Part shown: in pieces, positions 1-13,094 of the stretch
How the letters are laid out: every line of letters begins with the position of its first letter
Numbering within the stretch: position 1 is the first letter of the stretch
From: Eledone cirrhosa
Taxonomy: Eukaryota
Direction of reading: 5' to 3'
NCBI GenBank assembly: GCA_964016885.1
Contig: OZ024742.1
Span: forward strand, 44,268,001-44,332,000
DNA: 64,000 bases
Position numbers and translations under genes: made by a program
Notes under the pieces: generated by a model
Told to the model about the DNA's origin: nothing
The model's input: only the letters and a program-made list of their open reading frames with translations
Databases searched by the model: none

Positions 1-16
1 TATATATATATATATC

Positions 17-468
17 TAAGGTGGGTAAAATTCCCGAGATCCATGGACGAGTTCTCTCCAGCGGTCTCTGTCCCTCATTATCGCTGCCATATCCTGCATC
101 TCCAATAGACCAGTGTCTGTCCTTAGGGCATCAACATATGTTAACCTTGGTCTTCCTCTTCTAGTGTGTCCATGTAGGGGCTCCCAAAGGAGCACTGAGT
201 GTAATGTCAACTCTGGATGTTCAGCCAACCTCAGATCGGTGTGGAAGTCGGACCTTCGTAGAGACCTGAAAATCCGCCTCTTCATTGCTGTAGTGGAGTC
301 TGTGCTGCTGTATGGGTCTGAGACTTGGACACTGACCAAGAAACTCACTCAGATGGTGGATGGGTGCTACGCGAGAATGCTGAGGATGGCTCTGAACATT
401 AATCAGTATACACTGAGGATGAAAAACTCAGAGCTGTATGGGAGCATCCCAAAAGTCAGCTCAAAAGT
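17..468. mobile_element. RTE-like LINE 3' fragment with internal inversion (3' end on - strand ~17-230; upstream segment on + strand ~225-468)
   Basis: The minus strand encodes a LINE C-terminus (HPELTLHSVLLWEP..RGRPR.TYVD..DRDRWR). The plus strand encodes the preceding thumb region (KIRLFIAVVESVLLYGSETW..YARMLR). (TA)n lies on both sides. Confidence 0.85.
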
Positions 469-1127
<659 letters not shown>

Positions 1128-1239
1128 AAGATTAAGTAATTAAGCTTAGCTTAGTCATAGGCAAAATAACACTCACAGTTATCTCTGCATATGCATCACC
1201 ATCTGGGCTGGCAGATGATGAGAGGGGCCGTTTTTTTTA

Positions 1240-2085
1240 TGAGGCTCTCCTGCTGACTACCATGATAATGAATGACAGCACTCTTGTTATCACTGCTGGT
1301 GATTTTGATGGGCATGTTTGAATACACTGTGACAAGTGTGCATGGAAGATTTGAGTATAGAGTGAAGAGGGATTTAGGTTTCTCACATTCTGTGATGCAA
1401 ATAACCCAAACATTTGCCATATGAACTTCAGGAAACTAGCCTGCCTCCCAATCACCTAACAATCAGGTGAACATATAAGCCAGATAGATTCTATTTTCAT
1501 CAGGAAATGGGATAGGTAGATGGTTCTAAATGCTAAATCTTTGTCTCGTGAAGAATGTCTGAGTCAACATAGATTAGTGATTTGTGATATACGAGGAGGC
1601 AAAAGACAATTTGGAGAAGGAAAACTTGGAAATTGAATAAGTCCTTAACCAGTGACAAATTCAGAGTTCTTTAAAATCTAAATTCTGTCTCCAGCCCAGA
1701 GGCTCATCAAGCTGGTATTTATCCTGGTTCCCTTGGCATTAAGTACCTGAGTATGAGACTCCCTCATGAATACGACGCCAGTCCATTGCAGGGTTAAACC
1801 ACCAGCTACTGCTGGTACTCTTTTTTCTGCTGAGTATACTGGAGTAGCATGAAATGAAGGGGTTTGCTCAAGAACACAACACATAACCCAGTCCAGGAAT
1901 TGAACCTACGACATTATGATCGTAAGTCTAACACCCTTATCACTGGACTATGGGCCTTCTTGATGCTTATTACAGAATAGAGGAGGAGATAGAGACTTAT
2001 AACAGAGAAAAACTCAAGAGTTTCTATGAGACAACCTACTGAGGGCTACACATCAGAACTGACTGTGGCAAGGTCCTAACCAAAT
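1240..2085 (+). pseudogene. Degraded RTE APE-endonuclease fragment, interrupted by a SINE
   Basis: Remnant motifs VITAGDFDGHV, FCDANN, SQID and EECLSQHRLVI resemble the 36.9-37.3 kb RTE region. The linker resumes after ~1960. Confidence 0.7.
1680..1958 (-). mobile_element. tRNA-derived SINE
   Basis: The minus-strand head has an A-box-like AGTCCAGTGATAAGG and B-box GGTTCAATTCC, followed by the TGTGTTCTTGAGCAA core shared with copies at ~19840-20090, ~26980-27170 and ~60210-60400. Confidence 0.75.
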
Positions 2086-2844
2086 GAAAGATGAATCTAT
2101 TATTCCACCATGAATATGTCAATTTTGAAGCTGGTGCTCCAGCATATTTTTAGACATGATGGCTAAAACAAACTAAAGAATTAAGCAATACATGTATACA
2201 TGTGATAAAAACGTAATTGATATGTTTACATATTTATATACTTATCAGTGTTATCACCATTGTTTACTGTCCGGTTTCCCTGTTAGCAAAGGTTTTATTT
2301 TTATATTAATTTACACATTGATAAGTCTCACTTAATCAACTGCTTAGTTCACAATTTAATGTGTGTATGTGTGTATGTATAAATGTGTATACATGCCTGT
2401 GTTTCTATACATGCCTATGTTTCTGTATACATATAAATGTATAAAAGTATAAAAATATAAGCACAAAAGTGTTTTTTGACAAATACAAGCTATATTGCAC
2501 ATACACTGTACTAATTTTTCAGACTGACAAATTTGGCAGGCTGTTAATACAAAATCGGAGGCGACTTTTATACAGTTTTGTCCTGTTAATGCTTCACACA
2601 CATTGCTCAGATGTTTGACATTTCATCTTGATTCACAGCCATTCATAATGATCAGCTTAATGTAGCCATTAATGTAGTACAATTGGTACCAAAGTACCAG
2701 TAATTAGTCTCACAGCATTTTGATGATTACTATTCTAATATATATATATATATATATATATAAAAGAATAGTGATCCAGTACACACACACGCGTGTGTGT
2801 GTGTGTGTGTGTGTGTGTATACTGGATCACTATTCTTATATACT

Positions 2845-3500
2845 TGCCATTTTATGTTTGCTTTTCCATCGTTGCATGGGTTGGACAGGGCCTCTCCAGC
2901 ATAGCCTACATCCACTCGTTGAATTCTGATGTTATCTTTGTGAGGTTCAGTTTCTTCAGAATAGCTCTAATCAAGCCTGACATTGGTATCTGGCACTTCT
3001 TCACCCAGTGACCATTATCCATATGCCTCATATGTCTTGTCTCTTGTACACTGCATCAGTTATCTATTATATCCATTTTCTAAGTTTATCCACTTCCTGT
3101 TGTTCATGCACACTCACATTACATATCCAACAAAAAACATGATTGCTTCATTTCTTTTTAGCCTCTGCATATACTTTGTGTTTACCTTGGAGAGAAAATC
3201 TTTGTTGTCAACCGAAGTATTAGCTTACTAAATATTTTCCAACCTCTTCCATTCTACCTACTATGCATTCAGAGTAACCTCCTCCACTGCTAATTAGGTC
3301 ACTGAAGTTTCAGAAAAGTATCACCTTTTAAGGTTACTTTCTTGGGATTGAAAAAGATTTATTTCATTGGTGTTCTTTGTACCAACTTCTTCTGTGCATC
3401 TTCCACATGTAAAGTCTATTTTTTTCTTTTAGCATGTCTACAATCGCACTACACTTCTTGTGTATCTGTACAATAAATTGGGTACATCATATAGAATTCC
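2845..3500 (-). mobile_element. Degraded RTE 3' portion
   Basis: Family 3'-end motif TTTCCATCGTTGCATGGGTTGGACAG plus decayed C-terminal coding sequence. Confidence 0.55.
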
Positions 3501-5009
3501 TACTTATTCATTTACTACAGGTTGATTGTTGTTTGGGTGACAAGGCTGGGGTATGGTTTTGAAGGACATGTTTGAATTTAGTAAGGTATTTGGTTGATGG
3601 TTATAGGGTCGTGTGGATGCAGATGCATGAGTATTGGCTTTCATGATAGGACTGGGGCCCCCATCATTAAAATGTCCTATAAACCACCTATGATATAAAA
3701 TATTCTATGATGCCAGCTAAACTCCCAATATGTGTGAGCTGTACATTTCATTTCATTTTGGCATGGAAAAGCAGATGTGAAAATGATGATGTTGTCTAAA
3801 GTTATTTTGGTTGATTTTATTCTTTGGTACTATTAAATTGCTCTATCATAGCGTTTCCTATAACTTCTTAAAAACCAGCAGCTGCTGTTAATTAGAAGTT
3901 TCTATCATTTATGCTTGTTTATAAACTTTCTTCCTTCCACTCTAATTAATATTCTTCTTTATTTTCTGCCAACTTCATCTCATTTAAACTTAGTAATTCC
4001 TAATCTATCCTGCTTTTCTGATTGCTACTTACTTTCAATATATGAAAACTATCATGTGGTTAGTTGATCAGTTCAATTAGGCTGCCAAGTCTCCCTCATC
4101 CAGATAACTAGTTCCTTTCAGCCTTTTGTAGCCATATCTCAGATTAAATACACTGCCTATGGTGGTTCAATTAATTAAAAAATATAATGAAGAATTTAGA
4201 GGTCCCCAAGGACCAAATGATGGTTACACTTGGTAATGGATTAAGCCTACCGTCTAAGGAAGGATTTAAACTGAGAAGGCAAAGAGCAAGAAGAAATACT
4301 GCAAGGCATCCTGGTCAATGCTTTAATGCCAATCCACTACCTTGGGTTGGTTCTTTATTTATCGACCCTAGGAAGGATAAAAGGCAAAGTTGACTTAACA
4401 GAACACAAAGAATTGAAATAAATATCACAAGCTATTTTCTCCAGTGTGCTAACACTTCTTCCAGTTCACTACATGTATGCCAGTTTGCCTCCTTTTATTA
4501 TAAATTCACTGATTCTGGGCTGACTTTGAGCTAAATAACAATTTTGGACAAAATGTCCACAGCAGCTAGAATCTTGAGCAAAATTCTATCCAAATTATCA
4601 TATCCAATATTTATATATATATATATCTACATGATGATGATGATGATGATGATGAATGCTATCTACAATACTAAATCTGTGGTGAGTTATTTCTCAGTGT
4701 TTGATTAGCTATTTCTGTCATAGCTCATTGTAAACAATGAAATCTGTCTAACATCAAACTCACCCTATTCTTGTCTCTCTTGTCATATCTATTTGTCATT
4801 CTTTTTATATATGTGATATTTATATTACAAATTGGATTGTTGTTTTATAGGTTTGACACTAAAGACAGCACATAGGCATAGTTGTCAGTCTTGGATTAAT
4901 CCTTTCATGACCATATTTTTAATGAAAGGCACTGTCTGTGGTTTTTAAGTCATTTTAAAAATAATCAACAACTTAGAGGGATTTAGTAACATAACTAACT
5001 TTCTTATTA

Positions 5010-5221
5010 TTAATCCTTTAGCATTTACATTACTCTGTATTTACTATTGCCTTTTCACAGAAAAGGCTTCATCTCACATAATACCAAATCTATGAGGTTT
5101 TGATATTAATTTTGAGAACAATACCTTAACATCGGTATGAGCGGGTGTTATAACTGGTTTGAACTGAAAGAGGTGAGAGAGTTCTGGTTGGATATGGCTG
5201 GTTTAAATGCTAATGGGTTAA
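5010..5221. mobile_element. piggyBac-type MITE family A, nested in a family B MITE
   Basis: TTAA-(T/C)CCTTTAGCATTTA ... TAAATGCTAA(T/A)GGG-TTAA terminal inverted repeats. The host element resumes after the duplicated TTAA. Confidence 0.8.
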
Positions 5222-6703
5222 GCTGTTTTTTTTAGTATAATTTCATAAATATTCTTACATAAAATTATGATGGAAGGTTTTTAGATAAATATAAACATTT
5301 TAAAGTAACCAATTTAAATTTAAGCTTTAAACTGAAATCTCATTTTATATACCAGATATTAGATTCCAGTAGATATTTGTCTCTTGCTATTAATTTGAAA
5401 GCTATTTCACTAAACCTCACATAATTCTTGATTATTTTGGTAATTAAAACACAGACAGTAAGTGTATTCTTGTTTGAAATATGGTAACTAAAGGGTTAAG
5501 ACCATTTTCTTTGTTAAAGCAGAGGTTGGCCTTGTATGACACCATGACAGGTGTCATACATATTTTCATTCACTTTTTTTAGTTATTCTGTCCACATTCC
5601 TTGTCTTAATTATTGAGTCCAGTAACTAACAGTGAAACATACATACTACACACTTCTTAACTCTTTCATACCATATGTAATGAAGGCATCGCCTATATTT
5701 TTCAACTAATTTTGAAAGTAATGAAACATTTCAAAGGATTTAGTAACTTCCAGTATTTATCTGGTATTTAGAGCATAGCTTAACAAAGATTCTTACATAA
5801 AATTATGATGGTAGGCTGCTAGATAAGTAAAAATACTTTGAAATAAACAGCTTAGTATGTATCATAGAACCAAGGCAGTTTCATTTGGTTTGGTATCAAT
5901 AGAGTTTAACTAAATTGTCATGAATATGCTTTGCATGAAAAACATTTCTTAATCATTTAAATGGGTATTTAGTTATCTAGATTGTTTTGGGGTCAACTTC
6001 TAAAATAAGCTTATATTATTCGAAAGGGCAGCCTATCAGCAATTAACCCTAACTAACTACCCCGAAGGTATGCTGGAAAATGTGTAAAGAGAATACGCTA
6101 TAAATAGTAATTTTATTTTCCAAACATTCATGAAACATTAGCCAGTTTTAATTCCCAGACATCTTAAGAACACCCACACCTAGTGAATCCCTTATGTTCA
6201 CATCAAAAACTCAGTTAATTATACTTATCTCTGCTACAGTTAATTTTACTGTTCTCCTATCTTCCTATCTTCCTGTCCTGATTTTTTTTCTTTCTCTTTT
6301 GGAGCCACAAAGTTGTATATATATCTTTATATATATGTGCGTGTATGTGTGTGTACATGTGTATGCATAATAACATTTGGATAGGAAATTCTTTGTTTTC
6401 AATGAAGTTGCTTTTAACTTTTCCCAGCTACTTCCACACTTGTGAGCAAGGGAGCAGTGTTATCTCTAGTTCATATGCTTAGTATATATCTTCCAAGTGT
6501 CCTACTAGTTTTGACTGCATTGTGGTGGAATGCCTTGCATTTTGGTAGGCTTTATTTATTTTTTGGTGGGGTTGTTGTTGGTGTTGTTTTGTGTTTCTAC
6601 AGCTTTTAACACTAACTCACTCTTGCTTGATGCTATCTGCTCATTAAATGAATGCTAATCTCTCTCTCTCTCTCTCTCATATATAATATGTGTGTGTATG
6701 TAT

Positions 6704-6734
<31 letters not shown>

Positions 6735-7599
6735 CATGTATATGTATGTGTGTGTGTTTGTGTGCTTATTTACACACATATTTATATATGTTTGTGTGTG
6801 TTAATCGCGAAATAATGGATGAACATTGTGAGCAGATGTGGAATATGATTGTATCTTTGGTGGATTTTTTCTTTTTTGTTTTTTTTCTCTTTGTGTGTGA
6901 AGGGGGTCTTTTCTCTGCAAACTAGTGAGATTGACACAGCTAAATGTTCCTCTTGAATAGTTGCACTATGACAGCTGTAGAGAGGGAAAAAAATATACAG
7001 GGAGTGAATTCCAGAAGGCTGGCATCTTAGGAGGAACACTGGGAATAATGATTAGTGGGGGGGTTTACACTCTGTGAGTGATGAAAGGAGAGATGAGTAA
7101 ACCAGGTGTGCCTGAGAGTAGTGGACATGAAACAAGCCAGTTCTAAGGATCAGAGGCCATTCTAGTATTGGAAGAAACAACAGAATGAGGAGACAGCACA
7201 TCTTTGGGTCAGAAGTGAGGTGTGTTGGCAAGCAACTTTGTGTTAACCAGTCAAATCTCCTACCACTCCCCATCGTTTTTTATGAGGTTTTGTATGTCTG
7301 TGTTGTATGATATACTTTGTTTTGTTGATTTGACAATGAGCAAACTGTATTTCATCTGACTATTATAATCATGTTCCAGTCATTAACATTTATATTTTAT
7401 TCAAGCATAGTGTATCTATAACTATATTATACAATATAGACACTGAAGTGTGATTTTAAGAATATTTGGCTGTTGTTTTTAGCAGAGTGAGTAACTACAA
7501 TGAAGTTTCCTTATTAACTTAAGATAGCAGAAGGAATATAGTTTATGACTACTGGCTCTTAAGTTTTTAGTTCAAATCCACTGTATTTTATTTTATACT

Positions 7600-8630
7600 A
7601 GGCAATTATACTTGAGAGTGGAGACTGTTCAGTTCGGCTGTTTTTGCTGTTAAATGCTGCGGGCAAAAGTGGCTTGGTTGTTGCACTGGGTGGCAGGAGG
7701 ACTCTTTAGTTCAATCAGGAGGTTAAAGATGCCACCTAAGCAAAGTAGGAAGCGTACAAAGCTTGGTTTGGAAATAAGTCCACCTTCTTGCACTTGCAGT
7801 ATAAAGTATTCTCTGGGTGACTCATGTGTACTGGATGGCCTGGATCTCAGGAAAGCAATAATCCCAATTTTCAAAAACGGAGACAAGTGAGATTTCTCTA
7901 ATTATAGAGGGATCTCCTTGTTAAGCTTCTCTGATAAAGTTTATGCTAATTGTCTGGCAAAGAGATGTAGATATAGTTGAGTCCAGCTAGCTGATTAGCT
8001 GATGAATAGTGTGGTTTTCACCCTGATCGTAGCACAGCCAGCCAGATATAAACACTATGGCAGGGCTTTGAGAAATTGTGGGAGTATTGCTTGTTTCATA
8101 GACATCAACAAGGCATATGGCTGCATTCCACAAGATCTGCTGTGGAAGGTTCTGAAGGAGTATGGGATTGATCGACAGCTTCTTGTTTCTCTGATGTCTC
8201 TATACAAATGCCTTCAAAACCATTCAATGTGAGTGTCGGACTTCACTAAGAGTGTGTACTGTCACCTATCCTGTATGTAATATTCATGGACAGGATTGAC
8301 ATGCGTTGTCGGGTTGGAAGTGGTGTCAAAATTGGCAGGGGTAGGATCAGTCAACTAGAATTTGCCGATGATATGGTACTACATAACTTGTTGGAAGGTA
8401 ATCTCTGACATGCATTTGATAAATTTGCTGTTGAGTGCTGCTTGCCAGGAATGAAAATCTGCTGCAAAGACCGAGACCCTCATCCTCTCAAGAAAACCTG
8501 TGCAGTGCACTCTACATGTTAGTGGAGTTCCACTGAAGCAGGTGGAGAAGTTCAAGTATCTCAGGGCTGTTTTCATGAGTGATAAAATGCAGTAGGGCGA
8601 ATTAAGTGGAAGGATTGCAGGAGCTGGCAT
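7600..8630 (+). pseudogene. Degraded non-LTR (RTE-like) reverse transcriptase fragment
   Basis: Motifs KAIIPIFKNGD, NYRGISLLS, ACFIDINKAY, QLEFADD and VEKFKYL, with many stops and frameshifts. Confidence 0.8.
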
Positions 8631-9563
8631 ATGAATGGTAAAAATACTGATTATTTTTTTATAGATCTTGTGTATAATGCAACCCTAGCAACATTAGTAG
8701 GTAGGCCTATCATTTTGTAATTAACCAGATTATCTGGCTTATGTTTTCAGCTGTACTATACATTTTCCTCAGTTTCCATGTATTTTTTTAATAAAATATG
8801 GAGAAAAATCACCTAAAACATCTGATTGAATAAAGGTTCGCAGATACAATTGGCACTGTTATAGGTCATTAACTACCATATCAACAAGCTCCTTTGTCTT
8901 GTGACTGCCTTCTACATAGCCTAGTTTCTTTCCTTTTCATATATTATGAAAAGGGAAACTTCATTATGTATGCTCTTAAAATATACAAAGACCTTATATA
9001 AATGAAGAATTCTTTTATTATTTTGTGGTTTATTTGACTGTGGCTATGCTGGTGCACTGTTTTTTAAACCAATCATATTGACTCCAAGTCTGGTACATAT
9101 GTTATTGATCACTTTTATCTGAAGGGTCATAAACAGAGATGCAGGCACATAAATACAAACATGGGCACACACAAAAACATTTTTTATATAAACACACATG
9201 TATGAATGCATGTGTGCACACATACACTAACTTCAGCAGTTTCTATCTACCAAGTTTTACTCACAGCCATATTTTTTCCTTTTTCAAATTTGCATATATC
9301 TTCATTAGCATGTATTTACAATGCTCAGCTATTACCTTTGCACTAATATGGTTCAGTTGAGTCCCATTATTCTGTTTTCTCATTTTTTCAAAAATCAAGA
9401 ATGTCTATGCCTGACACCAAAAATGCATGACTGTTGACTCCTTCAAGCAAATACTGTGTATAGTGTAACTCTCTGTGTTTTGCATAAAAATTTGCATTAC
9501 ACTTGCATTTACTCTCTTCCCTAAAATGTATGACCTTGTGTCTATTATTATTATTATTATTAT

Positions 9564-9977
9564 TGGTGGTGGATTGGCATTATCAGTAGAGCATCATGCA
9601 TTGCAACATAGAGTTATGGCTCTTTACGTTCTGAGTTCAAATCCTGCCGACGTTAGCTTTGCCTTTCATCCTTACGGGGTCAATAAAATAAAGCACCATT
9701 ATGTACTGGAGTCGATTTAAGCGACTCCACCCCTTCAAATTGCTGGCCTTGTGCTTAAAGTAGAAACAATTATTATTACTATTAAGTGGATTGGCAGTAT
9801 CGGTAGAGGGTCGGACGCCATGCTTTGCAGCAAAGAGTTACGGCCCTTTATGGTCTGAGTTCAAATCCTGCTGAGGTTAACTTTGCCTTTCATCCTTACA
9901 GGGTCGATAAAATAAAGTACCAGTAATACACTGGGATAATTGCTGGCCTTGTGCCAAAAGTAGAAACAATTATTATT
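9564..9977 (+). mobile_element. Two tandem tRNA-SINEs with Nin-like central domain and (ATT)n tail
   Basis: B-box GAGTTCAAATCC, core GCCTTTCATCCTTACGGGGTCGATAAAATAAAGTACC, tail GGCCTTGTGCC..AAGTAGAAACAATTATTATT. Confidence 0.85.
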
Positions 9978-10378
9978 AAGAAATTATCATCACCATTATT
10001 GCTAATAATAGTGTACCTGTTCTGTCCAAATGACATCGTCGTCATCATCATCCCTTTATGCCTATTTTCCATGCTTACATAGATTAGACAGTTGTCATAT
10101 ACTGAGGCTGGACTAATCAGGTGACCATGTCTTGCTCCTATGCTCCGTTTTTCTCTTGGTTTGTACGGCAGGATATTGCCAACCACTTTGACAACATGTA
10201 CTGGGAGCATTTCATCGGGACTCTGGCACTACCACCTTATAGGGCAATGTGAGCGCTTCTTGATGTGGCACCAGCACCATTGTGTTACAGTGCAGACTGG
10301 GTACTTTTTATTATAGCATCACTTCTATAGAGTGGACTAGGTGTTCTTTTTTTATCATGGCGTCAGTTTTATTAATTA

Positions 10379-10620
10379 CTAGCTGGCGCATCCGGCTGGC
10401 GCCGGCTAGGTATAACTGCCCCCACCACTCCACTGCAAAGATACCACACACCCTCCTGTGTCACATTGTCCTTCTGACTATCTCTCTCTCTCTCTCTCTC
10501 TGAATAACTAACACTTTAATTGTATCTCTCTCTGTCTAACGGCCTATCTCTCTCTTTTCTCATCTCTCTGTTTTTCTGTCTCTCTCAGTAGATGTGTGTG
10601 TGTGTAGTTTTCCTAATCTT

Positions 10621-10684
<64 letters not shown>

Positions 10685-12773
10685 GTGAAGGGAGATACGG
10701 AAACTAAAACAGTGTTATCATATAGAGAGTGAAGAGCGACAGAGTAAAGCAGTTAAATTATAGAGAGAGGGAATGATCTTACATACATACATATAAAGTA
10801 TAGATATGTGTGTGTGTGTGTGTGTTTGTGTGCATGTGTGTGTCTGTGTGTTTTGTTTTGATGTTATATTATGTGTGTGTGTTATGCGATCAACGACAGA
10901 AAGTATGTGTATTTGTGTGTGTGTGTGTGTGTTACTTATGAGAGCGACGACAAACAGAGGGAGGGGAAAAGAGAGAGAGGCTGTTAGACAGAGAGAGATA
11001 CCATTAAAACGGAAAGTAAGAGTTTTGTCATATAGAGAGTGAAGAGACAGAGAGTAAAGCAGTTAAATTATAGAGAGGGTAAAAGAGGGAGAGAGAGAGA
11101 GACAACGCTCAACTTTATATTTGGGAGTGAAGAGTGACAGAGAGAGTAAAGCAGTTAAATTATAGAGAGGGGGAATGATCTATTATAGAGAGAGGGAAGA
11201 GCGACAGAGTAAAGCTAACAAACTATAGAGAGGTGTGTAGGATACATACATACATCATCGGAACTCTCTGCGCAAAACAAAACAGTGGCTCACAATGTAT
11301 TTACTGTGCCTGTCCTAACACCAACGTTTGGAATACTCAATTGGACGATAGACGAAATCCGAGCAGTTGATGTTAGAACTCGAAAAATACTAAACAACAC
11401 CGGAAACTTCCACATCAACAGTGACATAGACCGCCTTTACTTGAAACGTAAGCAGGGAGGCAGAGGCCTAACATCAGTCCAGACAACATTGTCGCATCAT
11501 ATCTCTCTGACAACATCTACGAACCTCGAAGCGTAGGAGCCCGTTTCTCGAGCAAGTCTATCTACATGAAACAGATAAGATCATGAGAGTTGGGAAAGAA
11601 CTCTTTGAGAGATATTCCCTGTGTGATAATCACAAACTCACACCCAGGGAAGTCGCTCAGCAGTATCGCAGTGAATCCATGGATGAAAAACTGCATGCTT
11701 ATCAGCAAAAAATCATGCATGGATATGTTGCCAGGAAACTCCAGAGTGAGAGTAATATAGATTAGGAAAGTAGTCTATCTTGGACCAACAACCGCTATAT
11801 TGGCTCCCACTTTGAAGGATACACTTTTGCAATCCAAGAACAGGAGATTAACACACAATACCTGATTCACAAAAGAAATAGGGATGCAGGCAAAAAAGAT
11901 GTGATAACAAGTGCAGACTCTGCAGAACTAACATCGAGGATATCACCCATGTCATCAGCAGCTGTCCAAAGATGTCATCGCGGTACTATCTACCTATGAA
12001 GCATGATGTAGTGGCCAAAACATTGTACAATGCAGTTCGTAAAAAAGATAGCCCCGATAATAAACACATTAAAAGCTACAGCAATGAGGAAGACATCCAT
12101 GTACATAATATGAAAGAGTACTGGTGGAATGTTCCAGTAAAAACCCAAATAAAATGCAGGCATAACAGACCAGATATTATGATATGGGACAGGGAGAAGA
12201 AAGCATGCACAGTAGTGGAAATTAGCTGCCCAGCAGATGCCAATATAATATCAAAGATTAGTGAAAAGGAGAATATTTATGCAGAACTGATGAGAAATCT
12301 GCAGATACTCCACCCTGATTACACCTTCAGATTTATGCCTGTGATTATTGGGGCACTGGGATATGTTAGTAACTGCCTCAATACAAATCTTGAGAAGCTA
12401 GGCTTCAGAGGAACAGAAAGAACACAACTAGTTAGGAAATTACAAGTACAATACATTAATGGAACAGTAAAAATATGTAAAACATTCCAAAAGTTTTGCA
12501 TCTAATAACTGCATATACACATGTACAGATGCAAAGCATATACACATGCACACATACAACTCAAAACATCCACATCCACACATACAATAACATCCATATC
12601 TACACATGGATGCATACATACATATCTACCTAGTTGATGTTGCGTAAATTCCAATGAATTGTGTCTATGTTAGAAACCGACTCTCTCTCTATTGGTAAAA
12701 CCTTGTGAAATTATAAAACCAGAAGAACATACACACATAATACACACAACACTCAGCTTTATAATAGTATAGA
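10379..12773 (-). mobile_element. Non-autonomous Helitron, interrupted by an RLE LINE
   Basis: Minus-strand 5' end A|TCTATACTATTATAAAGCTGA at 12773. 3' GC hairpin CCGGC-GCCA-GCCGG then CTAG|T at 10379. Internal (CT)n, (GT)n and repeated GACAGAGTAAAGCAGTTAAATTATAGAGAG blocks. Confidence 0.8.
11256..12726 (+). mobile_element. 5'-truncated R4/Dong-like non-LTR retrotransposon with restriction-like endonuclease (pseudogenised)
   Basis: RLYLKRKQGGRGL thumb motif, CCHC knuckle (CRLC..ITHVISSC), KHD, and RPDI..VVEISCP..EK PD-(D/E)xK motif. Frameshifts present. Candidate TSD ACATACA(T/C)ACAT. Confidence 0.88.
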
Positions 12774-13060
12774 TAGAGAATAGAATATCCTTTGAAATGA
12801 GTGAAAACATTGATAAATTTTTTATTCAACTCTTAACGTCTTGTACCACATGAAATTGCATTAACAAGATTCTGGAAAAGTTTAAAACAACTCTGACTGC
12901 ATTATTTTTATTTTAGTTTACTGCAAATGTTCACATAGATCTCTCTATTTGTAAATATACAAATATTTGAAATAAAAACAACTCATTATAAAATATTTTT
13001 GACTAAATCATTACAGGATGTTAAGAGTTAAAAATTTCACACTTTGTATTTAATAGTAAA

Positions 13061-13094
13061 ATATTACACTTTGATCTTAGCCAAAATGCCAAGA
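13061..13094 (-). pseudogene. U2 snRNA 5' fragment (truncated pseudogene)
   Basis: Reverse complement TCTTGGCATTTTGGCTAAGATCAAAGTGTAATAT closely matches the U2 5' end TCTCGGCCTTTTGGCTAAGATCAAAGTGTAGTAT. Similarity stops after the branch-point recognition region. Confidence 0.8.

Noticed and set aside
6977-7387. Possible solo LTR (TG..CA, purine-rich)
   Set aside because: No second copy, PBS/PPT or clear TSD visible
9564-9780. tRNA genes suggested by B-box motifs
   Set aside because: No cloverleaf. The boxes belong to multi-copy SINE heads.
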